Assembly: GCA_038227875.1 (NCBI GenBank)
Contig: JBBRPR010000023.1
Location: forward strand, 32,001-96,000
Length of the DNA stretch: 64,000 nucleotides
Direction of reading: 5' to 3'
Origin: Planctomycetota bacterium
GTDB taxonomy: Bacteria; Planctomycetota; SZUA-567; H5-PLA8
The translations under genes were made by a program, and so were the position numbers. Position 1 is the first letter of the stretch, and each line of letters starts with the position of its first letter. This document shows positions 60,148-64,000 of the stretch, piece by piece. The notes beneath the pieces were generated by a model that saw only the letters and a program-made list of their open reading frames with translations, ran no database searches and was not told the DNA's origin.

Positions 60148-60849
60148 TCAGTTCGGTCCGACGTTGCCGTACGCGTGAACTTTCTCGCAGACCATCCGCA
60201 GTTTGCTTTCCAGATCGCCCGCCGCGGTCTTGAACGCATCGGCATCGATGGTCAGCGGCGCCCCCAGCACCACCAGCGGTGCGCCGTATTCCGGCGTGCT
60301 GATCGCCTGCTCGACGGACAATCCGCCCACCGCCTGGACCGGCACTTTCACCGCGCGCACGATCTCGCTCAACTGATCGAGCGGACTGGGGCAGCGTCCG
60401 CCGGACGCGACGATGCCGCGGCGTTCGTCGTAGCCAATGTGATGGATGACGTAATCGCAGCCGAGGTCCTCCAGCCGCTTGGCCGCCGCGACCATGTCGC
60501 TGGCGCCGAGGTTATCGCCCATCACCTTGATGCCGAAATCCTTTCCGGCGCGGACGACGATCTTGATCGTCTCCGGATGCGCGCGCTCCATCACGACCAC
60601 ATGCGTTGCACCGGCCTTGGCCATCAGCTCGGCCTCCAGCCAGCCGCCGTCCATCGTTTTCAAATCGGCGACGATGGGCACTTTGGGAAATTCCTTGCGC
60701 AGCGCACGCACACCATTCATGCCCTCCGCAATGATCAGCGGCGTCCCGGCCTCCAGCCAATCGACGCCCGCCTTCAACGCCATACGCGCCGTCGCGACCG
60801 CTTCGGGAATTTCAGTGATGTCGAGGGATATCTGCACGACTGTTTTCAT
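60148..60849 (-). CDS. 3-hexulose-6-phosphate synthase/KGPDC-like (OMP decarboxylase superfamily)
   Basis: Q.SLD, EAGTPLI..EG, ADLKTMDGG and H.GYDE. Confidence 0.88.
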   Translation of the reverse strand: MKTVVQISLDITEIPEAVATARMALKAGVDWLEAGTPLIIAEGMNGVRALRKEFPKVPIVADLKTMDGGWLEAELMAKAGATHVVVMERAHPETIKIVVRAGKDFGIKVMGDNLGASDMVAAAKRLEDLGCDYVIHHIGYDERRGIVASGGRCPSPLDQLSEIVRAVKVPVQAVGGLSVEQAISTPEYGAPLVVLGAPLTIDADAFKTAAGDLESKLRMVCEKVHAYGNVGPN

Positions 60850-60879
60850 GGATGTCCTCAGTAGTCCGTGTTAACGCGA

Positions 60880-61779
60880 TTAGATCAAACCGTGCGCGGC
60901 CATTTTCGCGCGCAGAAATTCCGCCGACAGTCGCAAATGCTCCATGCCCACCGCTGCGTCTTCGCCGTCTTCAATGCTGACCCAGCCGTGGAAGCCCACG
61001 GACTTCAGCGTCGCGAAGATCGCGTCGAAGTCGTTCATGCCGCGGCCGATCACGCCGTGTTTCAGGATCGGCGCGTAGCCCAATTGCGGATCGGCTTCGA
61101 GCTTGCGCAGGTCGGCGGCGGTGCCGCCTTCGAAATACCGGTCGCTGGCGTGCATCGTCACCACGCGCTTCTTCACGGCTTGCAACACCGCGAGCGGGTC
61201 GTCGCCGGCGATGATTGCGTTCGACGGATCGTAGTTCACGCCGAAGTTCGGCGATTCGGGAATGGCGTTGAGCAGTTCCAGGAAAACGTCGAGCTTCTGG
61301 GCGAACTCGGGGAACTTCCAGAAGCCGTCCTTGTAATGGTTCTCAAGAATGAGCGTGATGCCGTGCTGCTGCGCGAAGGGGATCAGCGCGATGATCGATT
61401 CGGCCGCCATTTTCACGCCGTCGGCGCGGCTGACGTCCGTTCGGCGCTGGCCGCTGAGGACGCGGCAGAATTTCCCGCCGAGCTGCGCGGTGACGTCGAT
61501 CACCTTCTTCTGCTTCTCGATTTCAACACGCCGTTCAGCGGCGTCGGGTTTGATGAAGTCCGGCGAGTAGCACATCATCGGCATCGCCAGATCGTGCTGT
61601 TTCAGCAGCGCCCGCACGCGCGCGATGCCTGCGGCATCCTGCGGCGTGAAGCCCCAGTAAAATTCCAACCCGTCGACGTCGAGCGTTTTGGCCGCGCTGG
61701 CGATCCAGTCGTCGACACTCATCGACTTCTTCGTACACAGCGCATCAAGGTAGCATTTGGGAAAAGCGGCCAGCGGCAT
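60880..61779 (-). CDS. Sugar phosphate isomerase/epimerase (TIM barrel)
   Basis: DGLEFY, CRVLSGQ, LENHYKD, NYDPSN, HASD and SIEDG. Confidence 0.88.
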   Translation of the reverse strand: MPLAAFPKCYLDALCTKKSMSVDDWIASAAKTLDVDGLEFYWGFTPQDAAGIARVRALLKQHDLAMPMMCYSPDFIKPDAAERRVEIEKQKKVIDVTAQLGGKFCRVLSGQRRTDVSRADGVKMAAESIIALIPFAQQHGITLILENHYKDGFWKFPEFAQKLDVFLELLNAIPESPNFGVNYDPSNAIIAGDDPLAVLQAVKKRVVTMHASDRYFEGGTAADLRKLEADPQLGYAPILKHGVIGRGMNDFDAIFATLKSVGFHGWVSIEDGEDAAVGMEHLRLSAEFLRAKMAAHGLI

Positions 61780-61890
61780 AGTGTCTCACCGGAGAGGGAA
61801 TTCACCAGACCGGTAAACGCTACGCAATTTCACACTTTAATTCAAAACGAGATTCGGACTTGTCATGCAGCGGCCGTACACGGCGTGGTC

Positions 61891-63036
61891 TTACGCCGCA
61901 TGCTCCGCCTGCGGCGGCGCTTCGGCGGTGTTCTCTTCGGTCGTGACCGCCGGCTGCATTGAGCTGATTTCCGCCGGCGTGCCGAGGACTTCGGCGAAGC
62001 GTTCGACCAGTTCCCGGCGGCATCGCTTCAAATGTTCCTTCAGCGCCTCGCCGCTCTCCTTCAACTGCTGATCGAGCTTCGCGGCGGCTTCGCGATGCTG
62101 TTCGCGCAGCTTTTCGATTTCCGCTTCCGTCTCGCCGTGCAGTTGCTTGATCGACTTGCTGCAATCCACGCCCAGCGGCGTCAGCGCCGCAACGGCTGCT
62201 TCGCGGAAGTGTTCGAGATTGGATTCGGCCTCGGTCATCTTCTCACGAGCCTGATCGCGTTCGTGCGTGATCGTGGTGTTGGTCTCCTCCAGCTGCGCCA
62301 CCTGCATTTCCAGCTCCGAGACGCGGGCCTCCAGCGTGTGCTGCAGTTCTATGTCGCCGCACATCTTGGGATCGACGGTGACCGTCTGGCGCGTCTCCAG
62401 CTTCGTTTCCAGTTCCGCGGCCTTCGCGGCGAATTCTGCGGCGCGCGACTGCATCTCGTTGTACTTCTCTTCCCAGGACTGCGTCGCGCCATTGGCCACG
62501 TCGCGCTCGGCGGTCACTTTCTTGACCTCTTCCTGCAGCGACGAGACGCGGGTTTTCAGTTCGCCCACTTCCATCTGCAGTTCCCAGCGCTGCGAGTCCT
62601 CCTGCGGCGCCTCCGGCGCGGTGCCCTGCGATTTGGCGAACGCCACCTGCTCCATCAGGCTGCCCATCGTCCGGTCCTGCTGCTTGCGCTGCTCGATCAG
62701 TTCGTCGCGCTCTTTCATCAGCGCCACGATCTGGTTCTGCATTTCGTTCAGCTCGCCGACGGACTGCTGAGCCTGCGAGACGCTGGCGCTTGAGGATGCT
62801 TTGCCGACGATGCGCGGGTTGATTTTCTGATTGCAGCCCGGGCAATCGCGCACGTTTTCGTCGATGAGAATTTCAGTCCAGCAGTTGGTGCAGCAGGTGT
62901 ACCCGGCAGCGGGCGCGTGAGGAGCTTCAGGAAACGTGAAGAGGTTCTGGCATTCAGTGCACTTGAACTTCTTATTGGGCGTGGAGCCCTTGTAACGTTT
63001 CCCGCAACTGGCGCAGGTGACAATCAGTTCGCTCAT
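61891..63036 (-). CDS. Double zinc-ribbon plus long coiled-coil protein
   Basis: CASC..CTEC and CTNC..CPGC pairs, then about 250 aa of E/Q/K/A heptad-rich helix. ATG at 63036 chosen. Confidence 0.75.
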   Translation of the reverse strand: MSELIVTCASCGKRYKGSTPNKKFKCTECQNLFTFPEAPHAPAAGYTCCTNCWTEILIDENVRDCPGCNQKINPRIVGKASSSASVSQAQQSVGELNEMQNQIVALMKERDELIEQRKQQDRTMGSLMEQVAFAKSQGTAPEAPQEDSQRWELQMEVGELKTRVSSLQEEVKKVTAERDVANGATQSWEEKYNEMQSRAAEFAAKAAELETKLETRQTVTVDPKMCGDIELQHTLEARVSELEMQVAQLEETNTTITHERDQAREKMTEAESNLEHFREAAVAALTPLGVDCSKSIKQLHGETEAEIEKLREQHREAAAKLDQQLKESGEALKEHLKRCRRELVERFAEVLGTPAEISSMQPAVTTEENTAEAPPQAEHAA

Positions 63037-63322
63037 ACCCGATGCCCCCACAGCTCGGCGGCCCGCGATAGCCGCAATAAAGGTACCCACACCATACACC
63101 CGACCTCAAGTGCACCGCAATTTGAGAAATGAAAATTCACCTGTTTTTAACCCGAATTCAGCCTACGTGTGCAGCGCGGCAAGGCCGCGAGGGTCCGTGC
63201 TTACACCCACCCCTGGCCCCTGAGCTCTCGCGCGTCAGGGCGCTTCGCTGAATGGACTTGCGAAAAGTTGGCGGTCAGATGATGCTGACCCGACAACCTT
63301 TCTTATGGAGAATCGACCCGCC

Positions 63323-63886
63323 ATGCGTCACCTTGCTCTTCTTGTTTTGTCGTTACTCGCGATTCAAACCCTTGTTTCCGCGGAGGAAAAGATGGCCAGT
63401 TCCGTGCTCGATATCACTGCCGAAAGCATCGACGGCAAGCCCTACCCGCTCAGCCAGCACAAGGGCGAAGTGCTGCTGATCGTCAACGTCGCGTCGAAGT
63501 GCGGCTACACCCCGCAGTACACCGGCCTGGAAGCGCTATACAAGACCTACCACGAGAAGGGCCTCACGGTCATCGGTGTCCCCGCCAACGAATTCGGCGC
63601 GCAGGAACCGGGCACCAATGAAGAGATCAAGCAGTTCTGCTCCTCCAAGTACAACGTCACCTTCCCGATGCTGGCCAAGGAAGTGGTGAAGGGCACGAAA
63701 AAGTCGCCCCTTTACAAGTACCTCACGGAAGTCAGCCCGGTGAAGAGCGAGATCTCCTGGAACTTCAACAAGTTCCTCGTCGACCGCAACGGCGTCGTGC
63801 TGAAGTATTACGACTCCAAGGTGAAGCCCGACGATCCGGAACTCAAGGCCGAGATTGAAAAGGCGCTCGCGGAGAAGGCGAAGTAG
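63323..63886 (+). CDS. Glutathione peroxidase family (Cys-type) with signal peptide
   Basis: NVASKCGYT.QY, P.NEFG.QEPG and WNF.KFLVD. Confidence 0.95.
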   Translation: MRHLALLVLSLLAIQTLVSAEEKMASSVLDITAESIDGKPYPLSQHKGEVLLIVNVASKCGYTPQYTGLEALYKTYHEKGLTVIGVPANEFGAQEPGTNEEIKQFCSSKYNVTFPMLAKEVVKGTKKSPLYKYLTEVSPVKSEISWNFNKFLVDRNGVVLKYYDSKVKPDDPELKAEIEKALAEKAK

Positions 63887-63901
63887 TTCGCGTACGAAAA
63901 A

Positions 63902-63977
63902 CGGGATTCGGGAATCGGGAATCGGGATTCGCCAAAGCGGATCGCGACGATTGCCGAATCCCGATTCCCCAATCCCG
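63902..63977. repeat. Heptamer tandem-repeat hairpin (CGGGATT/CGGGAAT family)
   Basis: CGGGATT-CGGGAAT-CGGGAAT-CGGGATT-CG, then the inverted arm CGAATCCCGATTCCCCAATCCCG. Confidence 0.88.
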
Positions 63978-64000
63978 CAGTTACCACGGAGATCTACACC

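Noticed and set aside
60148..60849. Evidence for methylotrophy (RuMP cycle)
   Set aside because: There is no PHI or C1-oxidation gene in the window, and the context is sugar catabolism.
63323..63886. Selenocysteine in the glutathione peroxidase
   Set aside because: The active-site codon is TGC (Cys) and there is no in-frame TGA.

Overview
This is a GC-rich bacterial chromosomal segment, most likely from Planctomycetota or another PVC lineage. That assignment is inferred from gene content: a MoxR/DUF58/BatA/DUF4159 cluster, a Hanks kinase with a planctomycete-style N-terminus, a sulfatase, an FGE-sulfatase domain, an N-methylation-motif pilin-like protein and a PheT lacking domain B2. About 49 CDS are supported. 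I saw no tRNA, rRNA, CRISPR array, integrase or transposase. Main blocks: (1) a minus-strand run rpmI-rplT-pheS-pheT-5-formyl-THF cyclo-ligase-Ser/Thr kinase-catalytically altered ketosynthase-PIN/PhoH, with no infC and with candidate RNA regulatory structures around rpmI; (2) a sigma-54 activator divergent from a 7Fe ferredoxin with a clear -24/-12 promoter and a palindromic UAS; (3) a locus of about 20 kb (19.9-40.2 kb) of unknown function: Tat-exported DUF4159, two MoxR ATPases, DUF58, BatA-vWA, a 1361-aa DUF4175-like membrane protein, vWA-GATase, a secreted caspase-fold protein and two large secreted multidomain proteins; (4) glycosyltransferase and sugar-catabolism genes. At least 12 intergenic spacers carry 7-bp-period tandem repeats of several different sequences, mostly arranged as inverted arms. 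These include five consecutive junctions of the MoxR operon. All family calls are from motif recognition by eye, not from database searches.
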